Shown here piece after piece: positions 8,562 to 17,635 of a stretch of DNA of 64,000 bases. Source of the stretch: an uncultured Anaerolineae bacterium (lineage in GTDB: Bacteria; Chloroflexota; Anaerolineae; Fen-1058); contig CAZYXV010000012.1 in the NCBI GenBank assembly GCA_964651475.1, positions 1 through 64,000 of the forward strand, given 5' to 3'. Every line of letters begins with the position of its first letter. Positions within the stretch are counted from its first letter, which is position 1. The position numbers and the translations under genes were made by a program. Under the pieces are notes generated by a model, which saw only the letters and a program-made list of their open reading frames with translations, had not been told where the DNA came from and ran no database searches.

Positions 8562-9662
8562 TTACCGGATAGCCAGATCGTTCTTTTTATCAAAGACGTG
8601 GAAATTGCCCATGTTGATGACCATGTCTATCTCGTTGCCCACCCGGGCGCGAGTGCGCGGGTCAACCCGCGCCACGCACAGGTTCTTGCCAACGTACAGG
8701 TGCAAAAAGACCTCATTTCCCATCAACTCGGTCACGTCCACCTTGCCGCGCAAGTCGGCCGCGATAATGCCGGGGGCGGCGAACTCTTTATCAAAGATAT
8801 CTTCGGGGCGGACCCCCAGGATAACCTCGTCCCCCTTGTGGCCGTGCAGCGCCTGGGCGCGCTCGGGCGGGACGGGCAGCGAAAAGCCATCGCCTGCGAT
8901 TACCAATTTGCCGTCCTCTTCTTTGATACGCGCATCGAGGAAATTCATTGAGGGACTGCCAATAAAGCCAGCCACAAACTTGTTGTTGGGACGGTCGTAA
9001 AGCGTCTGTGGCGTATCCACCTGCTGCAATTTGCCCTCGCTGATCACCACGATGCGCGTGCCCATCGTCATGGCTTCCACCTGATCGTGCGTCACATAGA
9101 TGAACGTCGTCTCCAACTGGCGGTGCAACTTGGAAATCTCGGCGCGCGCCTGCACGCGCAGCTTGGCGTCGAGGTTGGACAACGGCTCGTCCATCAGGAA
9201 CACGGCCGGGTTGCGCACGATGGCGCGCCCTACCGCCACACGCTGGCGCTGGCCGCCAGAAAGCTGCTTGGGCTTGCGGTCGAGCAGGTGCGCGATCTCC
9301 ATCTTTTCGGCGGCCTCTTTTACACGCTTGTCAATCTCGGCTTTGGGCGTCTTGCGCAGTTTGAGCCCAAACGCCATATTCTCGTAGACCGTCATGTGCG
9401 GATAGAGCGCGTAGCTCTGAAACACCATGGCGATATCGCGATCTTTGGGTGGCACGTCGTTGACTAGGCGGTCGCCGATATAAATCTCGCCTTCGCTGAC
9501 CTCTTCCAGTCCGGCCAGCAAGCGCAACGCCGTCGTCTTGCCGCAGCCCGAGGGGCCAACGAATACCAGGAACTCTTTGTCGGGGATCTCGATGGAGAGA
9601 TTGTTGACGGCAACCACATTGCCCCAACGCTTGTATACGCCTTTGTAAACTACACTTGCCAT
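8562..9662 (-). CDS. Sugar ABC transporter ATP-binding protein (MalK/UgpC/MsmX family), solitary
   Basis: 366 aa with GPSGCGKTT Walker A, LSGGQRQR signature, the VFLMDEPLSNLD Walker B region, and a C-terminal TOBE/MalK-like regulatory domain. RBS ggaggt upstream. Confidence 0.9.
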   Translation of the reverse strand: MASVVYKGVYKRWGNVVAVNNLSIEIPDKEFLVFVGPSGCGKTTALRLLAGLEEVSEGEIYIGDRLVNDVPPKDRDIAMVFQSYALYPHMTVYENMAFGLKLRKTPKAEIDKRVKEAAEKMEIAHLLDRKPKQLSGGQRQRVAVGRAIVRNPAVFLMDEPLSNLDAKLRVQARAEISKLHRQLETTFIYVTHDQVEAMTMGTRIVVISEGKLQQVDTPQTLYDRPNNKFVAGFIGSPSMNFLDARIKEEDGKLVIAGDGFSLPVPPERAQALHGHKGDEVILGVRPEDIFDKEFAAPGIIAADLRGKVDVTELMGNEVFLHLYVGKNLCVARVDPRTRARVGNEIDMVINMGNFHVFDKKNDLAIR

Positions 9663-9695
9663 TCTTACCTCCTCTATGTGATTTGTTTTTTCTGG

Positions 9696-10889
9696 TCACG
9701 AATAGGCCAGCAGGTAACGATCTATCGCTAACGCGGCCGCGCCCACGGCGGCGGCGTCTGAACCCAATGTTGCTTGAGTAATGTCTACCGTCGAGTAAGC
9801 GGCGGGCGATGCGCGGCGCAGGACGGCCTGGCGCGCCGAGCTAACCAGCGTGTCGCCTGTTTCGGCCAACATGCCCCCAATCACAACCAGGCGCGGATTG
9901 AGCGCGTTAACCAGGCCGGCAATGGCCAATCCCAAATACTCGCCGGCCTCTCGCACAGCCGCCAGCGCTGCCAGGTCGCCCGCGGCGGCGGCCTCCACAA
10001 CGTCTTGCAGTGTGAGCCTGCCTAAACTCTCGCGCGTCAACGAGCGCGTGCGCTCCCAGGCCCGCGCCACCTCTTCAACTATAGCCGTCCCACCCGCCAA
10101 CGCCTCGAGGCAGCCCATATTGCCGCAGGCGCAGCGCGGCCCGCCTGGATCAACAACCACGTGTCCCAACTCGCCCGCTCCGCCGCTGCTGCCTGAATAA
10201 AGTTCACCGTTCAGGATGAATCCCGCGCCAATTGTATCGCCAGCGGAAACGAAAATTAAATCATCGGCGGCCTGTCCGGCGCCGCTGCAATATTCACCCA
10301 ATGCGCCAGCGTGGCGAGTATTGACGAGCGCGAACGGCGCGTCCACGTCAAGCTGCTCGCGCAAGAGCGATACGAAAGGGACCTCGCCAGACCACGCCTG
10401 CGGCGCAAACACGAGTGCGCTTTCACCAGCCGCATCTACCAGACCCGGCACACTGATTCCCAGGCCAACGAGACGATCCTCACCGGATACAAGCGCCTTG
10501 ACCAGAGCCGCCGCTTCGCGCATTGCATCGTTTGGCGCCGCCGCTCTAAACGAGCGCCTTGCTGAACGTATGACCTTGCCAGAGAGGTCAGTCAAAACGA
10601 CCAGAGCACGTCCGGCATCCACCTCGATGCCAATCGCCATGCCAGCCTGGTGGTTCACTTGCAGGCCAATCCTCCTCCGCCCCGCGCTACGGGACGGCAT
10701 TTCCATTTCGAGCAGTAGCCCCTTATCCAACAAGTCTGCCACGGTGGCCGATATGGCAGCCTTGCTCAAGCCGCTTTCCAGGGCGATTTCTGCGCGAGAT
10801 ATACCGGGGTGTCTGTGAACCAGCCATAATAACCTGGCTCTGCTGCCAATGCGCGCAGTGTTTGTTTGTGGATAAACCAACGTGGACAT
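9696..10889 (-). CDS. ROK-family transcriptional regulator (NagC/XylR-like) with N-terminal HTH
   Basis: 397 aa. N-terminal wHTH (LLWLVHRHPGISRAEIALESGLSKAAISATVADL) and the ROK zinc motif CACGNMGCLEALAGG. Confidence 0.85.
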   Translation of the reverse strand: MSTLVYPQTNTARIGSRARLLWLVHRHPGISRAEIALESGLSKAAISATVADLLDKGLLLEMEMPSRSAGRRRIGLQVNHQAGMAIGIEVDAGRALVVLTDLSGKVIRSARRSFRAAAPNDAMREAAALVKALVSGEDRLVGLGISVPGLVDAAGESALVFAPQAWSGEVPFVSLLREQLDVDAPFALVNTRHAGALGEYCSGAGQAADDLIFVSAGDTIGAGFILNGELYSGSSGGAGELGHVVVDPGGPRCACGNMGCLEALAGGTAIVEEVARAWERTRSLTRESLGRLTLQDVVEAAAAGDLAALAAVREAGEYLGLAIAGLVNALNPRLVVIGGMLAETGDTLVSSARQAVLRRASPAAYSTVDITQATLGSDAAAVGAAALAIDRYLLAYS

Positions 10890-10968
10890 GGTTTGCTTTG
10901 CAGAACAACCCTAATTTATTAGTTTGGTTTATGAACTAATATGTTGTATTTTATACTATTTCAACACT

Positions 10969-10997
10969 TTGTCAAGTGCTGGATATTGTGCTATAAT
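10969..10997 (+). promoter_or_regulatory. Strong sigma-70-like promoter TTGTCA-N17-tgtgcTATAAT
   Basis: ttgtca at 10969-10974 and tataat at 10992-10997, with extended -10 TGn. Confidence 0.55.
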
Positions 10998-11015
10998 GGC
11001 GCTACGAGAGAAACA

Positions 11016-11864
11016 ATGACGCAACACGAAGAATATGCCCCATCTTCAACCCGCGCTGCCACCCCCGGTCTGCTTGAACAAACCTGGCTGTGGTTAGGCA
11101 CTGTCCTCATCTTATCCGCGGCACTCATTGCAGTGTGGCTATGGGGTCTGCCCGGCGATTTGCTGCACAAGGCGGACCTGGTGGGGTACGCTATTTGCCA
11201 TCGCATTCCTGAACGGTCTTTTGTGATTGGCGGGCGGCACTTGCCGCTGTGTGCGCGCTGCATGGGCATTTACTTGGGAGTGTGGGGCAATTTGATTGTG
11301 ATGACGCTGCTGAAACGTGGACGCAGCGCGGAACTCCCCCGGCCGGCAATACTGGCCGTGCTGATGATGTTCGTCGTCTTGATGGGAATAGATGGCCTCA
11401 ATTCATACATGACATTTTTCCCTGGCGCGCCGCACCTGTACGAACCCCGCAACGAACTGCGCCTGTTCAGCGGCATGTTGCACGGCGTGACGCTGTCCTC
11501 GCTGGTCTATCCGCTTCTTAACCAGACCTTGTGGGCAGATGTGGAGTGGGCGCCGGCTCTGCGCAACTTTAGGGAGCTGGCACTCGTATTATTAACAGGG
11601 GCGCTAGGCGCTGGCCTGACCCTGCTGCGCATCCCGGCCTTGCTTTACCCGCTGGCCTTTATGGGCAGCTGCGGCGTGCTGGTGATGCTGGCGATGATTA
11701 ATAGCGTTATTGTCGTGACGATTTTGCGGCGTGAAAATCGGGCCACTGTTTGGTGGCAGGCCATAGGGCCGCTGGCGGTGGGCGTCGTCTTGGCTCTGCT
11801 GCAGGTGAGTTTTTTGGACATGTTTCGGGCGTACATTACACAGGCGTGGAACTTGCCGTTCTAA
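11016..11864 (+). CDS. Integral membrane protein, DUF2085-like (conserved CHRIPERSF and CARCMG motifs)
   Basis: Start set at MTQHEEYAPSS (internal ATG of ORF 10941..11864), downstream of the promoter. Multiple TM helices. The DUF2085 call rests on motif recollection. Confidence 0.6.
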   Translation: MTQHEEYAPSSTRAATPGLLEQTWLWLGTVLILSAALIAVWLWGLPGDLLHKADLVGYAICHRIPERSFVIGGRHLPLCARCMGIYLGVWGNLIVMTLLKRGRSAELPRPAILAVLMMFVVLMGIDGLNSYMTFFPGAPHLYEPRNELRLFSGMLHGVTLSSLVYPLLNQTLWADVEWAPALRNFRELALVLLTGALGAGLTLLRIPALLYPLAFMGSCGVLVMLAMINSVIVVTILRRENRATVWWQAIGPLAVGVVLALLQVSFLDMFRAYITQAWNLPF

Positions 11865-11866
11865 AA

Positions 11867-11897
11867 TTGACAAAAATTTGCCGCTTTGTGCTATAAT
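11867..11897 (+). promoter_or_regulatory. Sigma-70-like promoter TTGACA-N19-tgtgcTATAAT, near-identical -10 region to the promoter at 10969
   Basis: ttgaca at 11867-11872 and tataat at 11892-11897. Followed by RBS gaaggagg and ATG at 11950. Confidence 0.55.
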
Positions 11898-11949
11898 TTC
11901 ACATAGGTACTACTTACTGTCCCCAATTTTCATATAGAAGGAGGCTACA

Positions 11950-12624
11950 ATGGATTTCGGCAAGGCGTTCTCGTACGTGTTCGAAGATCAAGACTGGACC
12001 AAAAAGGTTCTACTGGGGGGCGTCATCAGCATCGTCCCCATCCTCAATTTTGCTGCGGCAGGCTATTCCCTCGAAGTGACTCAGCGCGTCATCAACAATG
12101 ATCCCAAGCCCATGCCAGAGTGGGATAATATTGGCGATAAACTCGTCAAGGGCTTTCTCGTTTTCGTCATTGGCTTTGTCTATTCGCTGCCCTCGACTAT
12201 TGTAGGCTGCATTTCTCAGGGGATAAGCGCTGCCGTTCAGCAAGGCGCCTCTTCGGCTTCGAGCGACGAAGCGACCGCCGCCGTAACGGCCATGGCGGCA
12301 GTTACCATGTGCCTGGCGTGTTTTCAAATTCTCTATAGCTTGTTTGTCGGCATAGTGCTGCCGGCGGCCATTGGCCTGTACGCTGCCAAAGGCGAGTTTG
12401 GCGCGGCGTTTCGCTTTGGCGAAGTGTTTGGGCTGGTGCAAAAGAACCTGGGCCTGTATTTGATGGTATTGATCATCAGCATCGTCGCCGGCATCGTCGG
12501 CGCCTTGGGCCTGATCGCGTGCGTCATCGGCGTTGCCTTTACGGTGTTTTATGCCTATATCGTTATGGGGCACGCTTACGGTCAGGCTTACCGCGAAGCC
12601 AGCGCGAACATTGGGCTGGTGTAG
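11950..12624 (+). CDS. DUF4013-like integral membrane protein
   Basis: 224 aa, MDFGKAFSYVFEDQDWTKKVLLGGVISIVPILNF..., multi-TM. N-terminal sequence resembles DUF4013 family members. Strong RBS. Confidence 0.6.
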   Translation: MDFGKAFSYVFEDQDWTKKVLLGGVISIVPILNFAAAGYSLEVTQRVINNDPKPMPEWDNIGDKLVKGFLVFVIGFVYSLPSTIVGCISQGISAAVQQGASSASSDEATAAVTAMAAVTMCLACFQILYSLFVGIVLPAAIGLYAAKGEFGAAFRFGEVFGLVQKNLGLYLMVLIISIVAGIVGALGLIACVIGVAFTVFYAYIVMGHAYGQAYREASANIGLV

Positions 12625-12643
12625 CCCGGAATAAAGGAGCGCG

Positions 12644-13213
12644 ATGAGCGGCGTGTTAAATGTTTTTACGGCTTTTGGACTATCTACTTCGGCGGGACTA
12701 AACGCCTACGTGCCGCTGCTCGTCGTCGCGCTCCTGGCCCGCTTCACGAACCTGATCAAGTTACAAGAACCCTGGACGGCGCTGACAAATTGGTGGATCA
12801 TTGGCCTGCTGGTTGTGCTGCTGATTGTTGAAATGTTGGTAGACAAGGTGCCCGCCGTGGATAGCGTCAATGACGTGATTCAGACCTTTGTCCGTCCAGC
12901 AGCGGGCGCGGTGCTGTTCGCGGCTTCGTCGAATGCAATCAGCGATGTTCATCCAGTGCTGGCCATTGCGTGCGGCATCTTGCTGGCCGGCGGCGTGCAC
13001 GCGGCCAAGGCCACGGCCCGCCCCGTCATCACCGCCACCACGGCAGGTGTAGGCAATCCCATCATCAGCGCTGCCGAAGATGGCGTCGCGCTCGTGACCT
13101 CGCTGCTGGCCGTGCTGGCGCCGGTGCTCATGGCCGCAACGCTCTTGCTGGCCGTGTTGACCATTGCCTGGTGGCTGCGACTCAAACAACGCGAGCGCGC
13201 CGCGTATTTGTAA
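12644..13213 (+). CDS. DUF4126-like integral membrane protein
   Basis: 189 aa with STSAGLNAYVPLLVVALLARF motif. 4-5 TM helices. Confidence 0.6.
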   Translation: MSGVLNVFTAFGLSTSAGLNAYVPLLVVALLARFTNLIKLQEPWTALTNWWIIGLLVVLLIVEMLVDKVPAVDSVNDVIQTFVRPAAGAVLFAASSNAISDVHPVLAIACGILLAGGVHAAKATARPVITATTAGVGNPIISAAEDGVALVTSLLAVLAPVLMAATLLLAVLTIAWWLRLKQRERAAYL

Positions 13214-13224
13214 GGAGTTTTATC

Positions 13225-13581
13225 GTGTCCCAAGAATATCCACCTTCTTATCAAACTGGTCCAACCACCAACAGCACCGCCGTCATCAGCCTGATTTTGA
13301 GTATCTTGGGTGCTATTGGCATCTTGCCTCTCATCGGCAGCATTGCCGGAATCGTTACGGGCAGCATGGCCAAAAATGAAATCGCTCGCAGCGGCGGGAT
13401 GCAGACCGGCGAGGGATTGGCGCAGGCCGGTGTGATCATTGGCTGGGTTGGCATAGTGCTCGCCGTGCTCGGGATTTGCGTGGCGTTGTTAATTGTTGCT
13501 GCGGCGTTTGGGCTTGGTTTTTTTGCCATCATGGCCGAGTCCACGCGCAGCCTGCTGCCCCTGGCCTTGCCGTTCGTGTAA
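13225..13581 (+). CDS. DUF4190-like small membrane protein
   Basis: GTG start after aggag RBS: VSQEYPPSYQTGPTTNSTAVISLILSILGAIG...GIVTGSMAKNEI..., two hydrophobic helices. Confidence 0.5.
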   Translation: MSQEYPPSYQTGPTTNSTAVISLILSILGAIGILPLIGSIAGIVTGSMAKNEIARSGGMQTGEGLAQAGVIIGWVGIVLAVLGICVALLIVAAAFGLGFFAIMAESTRSLLPLALPFV

Positions 13582-13595
13582 AAGGAGAGTCTGCT

Positions 13596-14225
13596 ATGAC
13601 GATTGACGATCAATGGGCATCCCCCCCAGAAGTGCCAACGCCGGACGATAAACTGGCGTCCATTCCAGAGCCTTCCACCGAGGCTCCGGCTGCTGCTCCT
13701 TCGCCCAGGCCAAGCGCCCCCGAGGCAACTGTACCGCCATACGAGCCAATGGCGCACCCTGTACGAGAGCAAGAAAGCCATGAACGCTCCTGGTCGCCTT
13801 CCCCCGGTTCCGCAGAGCTTGCGCCGCTCTCGCCGGCCGACGAGCGCACCTGGGCCATGCTGGCTCACCTGAGCGTGCTGGCGAACCTGGTCACAGGTCT
13901 CTTGGGGCCGCTGGCGGCGCTCGTCATTTACCTGATGTACAAAGACCGCTCTCGCTACGTCGCCTACCAATCTATGCAATCCATGGTCATGCAGCTCGTC
14001 TGTTGGGTAGGGGGCGGGATACTGGCGGTATTTGCGTGGATAATCAGCAGTGTCCTGGCTGTAATACTGGTTGGCTGCTTGCTGATGCCATTCGCCTTAC
14101 TCGTTAGCCTGCTGCCGCTCGGCGCTCTTGTATATGGCGTGGTGGGGGCCATACAGTGCAGCCAGGGGCAAGATTTTCGGTACTGGCTCGTTGGCGACTG
14201 GGTGCGCGGCACGTTGGAAGGATAG
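13596..14225 (+). CDS. DUF4870-like membrane protein with Pro/Ala/Ser-rich N-terminal extension
   Basis: ATG after aaggagag RBS. Core motif ERTWAMLAHLSVLANLV...ALVIYLMYKDRSRYVAYQSMQSMVMQL is typical of DUF4870. Confidence 0.6.
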   Translation: MTIDDQWASPPEVPTPDDKLASIPEPSTEAPAAAPSPRPSAPEATVPPYEPMAHPVREQESHERSWSPSPGSAELAPLSPADERTWAMLAHLSVLANLVTGLLGPLAALVIYLMYKDRSRYVAYQSMQSMVMQLVCWVGGGILAVFAWIISSVLAVILVGCLLMPFALLVSLLPLGALVYGVVGAIQCSQGQDFRYWLVGDWVRGTLEG

Positions 14226-14299
14226 CGCCGCAGCGCGCCTGATGCTAAAAGATATATCGGCGCTAGGGCGCCGTGATTTGCACAGAAAGGATAAATTCA

Positions 14300-14527
14300 A
14301 TGAGTGACCAATTCCAATATGCGTCCCCGCCGACTGCTCCCGAAAAAAAGAGCAACACGGGCCTGATTATTGGCATTGTGGTGGGGGTGCTTGTGTTGTG
14401 CTGTTGTTGCGCGATCCTGGCGGCCTTGGCCTTTCCCGCTCTTTTTGGGCCGGACATCGAGAATATCTTTGAAGAGATAGAGCGGGAGATAAGCTACACA
14501 CTGCCGACGCTGCTTGCGTTTGTGTGA
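14300..14527 (+). CDS. Small single-pass membrane protein with CCCC motif
   Basis: 76 aa: MSDQFQYASPPTAPEKKSNTGLIIGIVVGVLVLCCCCAILAALAF... Co-oriented with the cluster. Confidence 0.4.
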   Translation: MSDQFQYASPPTAPEKKSNTGLIIGIVVGVLVLCCCCAILAALAFPALFGPDIENIFEEIEREISYTLPTLLAFV

Positions 14528-14555
14528 TCCATCGCGCCATATTGGCTTGGAACGA

Positions 14556-14590
14556 AAAAGGCCGGAGATGTTCCCCGGCCTTTTTCTTAT
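14556..14590. terminator. Bidirectional intrinsic terminator between the membrane-protein cluster and lysS
   Basis: aaaaaggccggagatgttccccggcctttttc: perfect GC stem with A/T runs on both sides. Confidence 0.7.
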
Positions 14591-16104
14591 TTGCTCCGCA
14601 AATGCGGAAACAAGATCACCTCGCGGATGGTATCCTGGTCTGTGAACAGCATCGTCAACCGGTCCACGCCCGTTCCGAACCCGCCGCAGGGCGGCATGCC
14701 ATAGCTCATGGCGTTCAGGTAATCCTCGTCCATGGGGTGCGCCTCCTCGTCTTCGGCGGCGTACAATCGCGCCATTTCCAAAAAGCGCGCCTCCTGGTCG
14801 AGCGGGTCGTTCAACTCGCTAAAAGCGTTGCCACATTCCAGGCCGCCGATAAAGAACTCGAATCGCTCGACGTGCGTGGGATCGTCAGGCTTGCGCTTGG
14901 CCAGCGGCGAAATATCGCGCGGATAATCTATCACAAACGTTGGCTGGATGAGCCTGGGTTCAACGTAATCGCCCAGCAGCCCATCCACCAGCTTGCCCCA
15001 CGTAGCGTTTTCCGGCGCGCGCCCTCCCATGCTCAGAATTTCCTGGCGGAGGCTGGCTGCGTCTGGATGCATCACATAATCAATCTCGCTGTATTGCCGG
15101 ATGGCCTCGCGCATCGTCACGCGCTGCCAGGGCGGGGCCAATTCGATTAGATGGCCGCTAAAGGTGATCTGGGTTGAGCCGGTCACCTCTCGCGCTACAA
15201 AGGCCACCATCTCTTCCGTCAGCCTCATCACGTCGTCGTAATCCATGTAGGCTGCGTAAAATTCGAGTTGGGTAAATTCCGGGTTGTGCTTAAAGCTAAC
15301 GCCCTCGTTGCGGAAATCGCGCCCGATTTCGTACACCCGCTCATAGCCGCCCACCAGCAAGCGCTTGAGATATAATTCAAAACTGATGCGCAAATACAAA
15401 TCCTGGTGGAGTTGATTGTGATGCGTCGTAAACGGGCGCGCCGCCGCGCCGCCATAGATCGGCTGCAAGATGGGCGTTTCGACTTCCAGGAACCCCTGGC
15501 CATCCAAAAAGAGCCGCAGGGCCGACACAACACGCGCGCGCGTGCGAAACACCTGGCGCACATCGGGGTTCACAGCCAGATCGGCGTACCGTTCGCGATA
15601 GCGCGCCTCGGTATCTTTGAAGGCGCTGTAGCGCACTAGCTGTCCATCTACCACCTGTTCTTTGGCCATCGGCAGCGGCCGCAGCGATTTGGAAATGATG
15701 CGCCAGGCGCGCACGTGCAGGCTGACTTCGCCCGTCTTGGTGCGAAACAGTTCGCCCTCTGCTTCGACATAGTCGCCCAGGTCTGTGTCTTTGAGCAAGA
15801 CTTGATAAGACTCTTCGCCCACGTCATCTTTGCGCCAGTACAACTGCAAGCGTCCCGCGCCGTCTTCGATGTGACCAAAGCTCGTCTTGCCCATCGCCCG
15901 AAAGCTGACCAGCCGGCCCGTCACAGCGGCGCGCACTTGCCCGGCATCTGGCAAGAGCTGCCCTTCACTTGCCGCAAAGGTGGATTGAGCTTGAGCCGTC
16001 GTGCAGGTGCGCTTGACGCGCGCCGGGTAGGCCTCTATGCCACGCGCGCGCAAACGCTCCAATTTGGCCAATCGCTCTCGCTCCAGTTCATCTCGTGGTT
16101 CCAT
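14587..16104 (-). CDS. lysS: Lysyl-tRNA synthetase, class II
   Basis: 505 aa with class-II aaRS motifs (EFTQLEFY, GGLECGNAFSELNDP, PPCGGFGTGVDRL) and an N-terminal OB anticodon-binding domain. Confidence 0.95.
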   Translation of the reverse strand: MEPRDELERERLAKLERLRARGIEAYPARVKRTCTTAQAQSTFAASEGQLLPDAGQVRAAVTGRLVSFRAMGKTSFGHIEDGAGRLQLYWRKDDVGEESYQVLLKDTDLGDYVEAEGELFRTKTGEVSLHVRAWRIISKSLRPLPMAKEQVVDGQLVRYSAFKDTEARYRERYADLAVNPDVRQVFRTRARVVSALRLFLDGQGFLEVETPILQPIYGGAAARPFTTHHNQLHQDLYLRISFELYLKRLLVGGYERVYEIGRDFRNEGVSFKHNPEFTQLEFYAAYMDYDDVMRLTEEMVAFVAREVTGSTQITFSGHLIELAPPWQRVTMREAIRQYSEIDYVMHPDAASLRQEILSMGGRAPENATWGKLVDGLLGDYVEPRLIQPTFVIDYPRDISPLAKRKPDDPTHVERFEFFIGGLECGNAFSELNDPLDQEARFLEMARLYAAEDEEAHPMDEDYLNAMSYGMPPCGGFGTGVDRLTMLFTDQDTIREVILFPHLRSK

Positions 16105-16127
16105 AGCCGCTCCTCATATCAAACGTC

Positions 16128-16180
16128 CAAAATAAAAAACAGTCCACGCTGGCGGGACACCCTGCCATGCATGGACTGGA
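16128..16180 (-). terminator. Possible intrinsic terminator after greA
   Basis: Minus strand cagtccatgcatggcagggtgtcccgccagcgtggactg followed by ttttttatttt. Confidence 0.4.
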
Positions 16181-16195
16181 TGTCAATCGGCAGGC

Positions 16196-16675
16196 TCAAT
16201 TTATAGAGACAATCTTGAACGTCAGCTTGCCGGCTGGCGCGCTAATGGTCACCTCGTCTCCTACCCGTTTGCCCAAGAGCGCCCGTCCCAACGGGCTTTC
16301 GTTCGAGATGCGCCCGTAGCGCGGATCCGCTTCGGCAGAACCGACCATCGAATATTTTTCGGCCTCCGCGTCGCTGCCCACTTCCTTGATGGTCACAACG
16401 CTGCCCAGCACCACTTCGGTATGGCGTTTCTTGCCGCTGTCTTCGATAATCACGGCATTTCGAATCATGGCTTCGAGCGTGAGGATACGCCCCTCGACGA
16501 ACGCCTGCTGATTTTTAGCGTCGTCATATTCTGCATTTTCGTCAATGTCGCCTTCTTCCATAGCCTCGTGCAGGCGTTGGGCGATTTCGGCGCGTTTGAC
16601 GGTGCGCAAAAATTCCAATTCTTCTTCTAGTTTTTTCAGGCCCTCGCGGGTTACATAAGTTGGTTGGTCGCTCAT
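16196..16675 (-). CDS. greA: Transcription elongation factor GreA
   Basis: Start at MSDQPTYVTREGLKKLEEELEFL... (internal ATG of ORF 16196..16924). C-terminal FKBP-like domain ...GKRVGDEVTISAPAGKLTFKIVSI. Confidence 0.9.
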   Translation of the reverse strand: MSDQPTYVTREGLKKLEEELEFLRTVKRAEIAQRLHEAMEEGDIDENAEYDDAKNQQAFVEGRILTLEAMIRNAVIIEDSGKKRHTEVVLGSVVTIKEVGSDAEAEKYSMVGSAEADPRYGRISNESPLGRALLGKRVGDEVTISAPAGKLTFKIVSIN

Positions 16676-16781
16676 CTTCCCTCTATTGGGCACATTCTCA
16701 CGTGTAGATGATAAAAAAAGAACACGCGCTGTGTCCCACATTTGTAATATAAGGCTGAGAGCGGGGGAGGCTTTCAGCTTT

Positions 16782-17591
16782 TTAAGCGGCTTGATTATAG
16801 CGGATTTTCTCCGAATTGTAAAGGGTCGCTCCGCGCTGCCACACGCGCTCGGCCAGTCCCTTCCCGCCTCCCTGAAGGTGTGCAAAGCTCTCCAGCCGCC
16901 GCGCCAACTCTTTTGTACTCTCAAAAAATGTAGATAGTTGCGATTGGTAGCAAGCTACAGCGGCTATTTTGCATTCCACATCTATTTTTTCTAACCAAAC
17001 GAGACAAGGCAACAGGTTTTCTTGAGCTAACGCAGCCTTGAGGGCCGCGGCGTCTTCAGCGTAGGGATAGTCCTCGTAATATATCAACTGCCCTTTTGTC
17101 GCATCCCAACTTTCGGTGGCCCGGCGAACGAGCTGATGGTCAACGTGGCGGCCCACGCACAGCGGCGTATATACCATTGCATCCTGCAGCGGCTCCAATT
17201 GCTTCAACTGCTGCATCACCTGGTTGATCAGCCCGTCTTCTTCATCAGACAATGCGCCAAAGATTGAATCTCGGTCGGGATATAATGGCTGGCTCGCCCG
17301 GTCCAGGCGATAGATGCAATCGGGGATAGCTAAATGGAGCGCGTGAGCGCGCAGACTGTGCAACGCGGCCAAATCTTCGGCGCGGCGGGCGGCCACAGCG
17401 TCATCGAGCGCCCAACGCGCGTGCAACTCGCGCACAAACGCCGAGCCAGGGGAGCGCGCCGGCGGATCGCCGGCGCACACCGTCACCACCAACACGCGCT
17501 TGCCCCGCCTGGCCTGTTGTGCAATTTGCCCTCCGCACGAAAGCACAGCATCATCCAGGTGCGGCGATAGATAAATAAAATCGGCGGGCAT
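16782..17591 (-). CDS. PIG-L/LmbE-family N-acetylglucosaminyl deacetylase
   Basis: Start at MPADFIYLSPHLDDAVLSCGG. Conserved HxDD...HVDH motifs of the LmbE family. Confidence 0.8.
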   Translation of the reverse strand: MPADFIYLSPHLDDAVLSCGGQIAQQARRGKRVLVVTVCAGDPPARSPGSAFVRELHARWALDDAVAARRAEDLAALHSLRAHALHLAIPDCIYRLDRASQPLYPDRDSIFGALSDEEDGLINQVMQQLKQLEPLQDAMVYTPLCVGRHVDHQLVRRATESWDATKGQLIYYEDYPYAEDAAALKAALAQENLLPCLVWLEKIDVECKIAAVACYQSQLSTFFESTKELARRLESFAHLQGGGKGLAERVWQRGATLYNSEKIRYNQAA

Positions 17592-17635
17592 GTTGTCTGG
17601 CAAATCGAGATCACGGCAAGACTGGCAACATCTGC

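Noticed and set aside
12010-13979. Minus-strand ORFs across the membrane-protein cluster (12010..12573, 12761..13189, 13251..13979)
   Set aside because: Antisense to coherent, RBS-preceded TM-protein genes. Composition is Arg/Gly/His-rich shadow.
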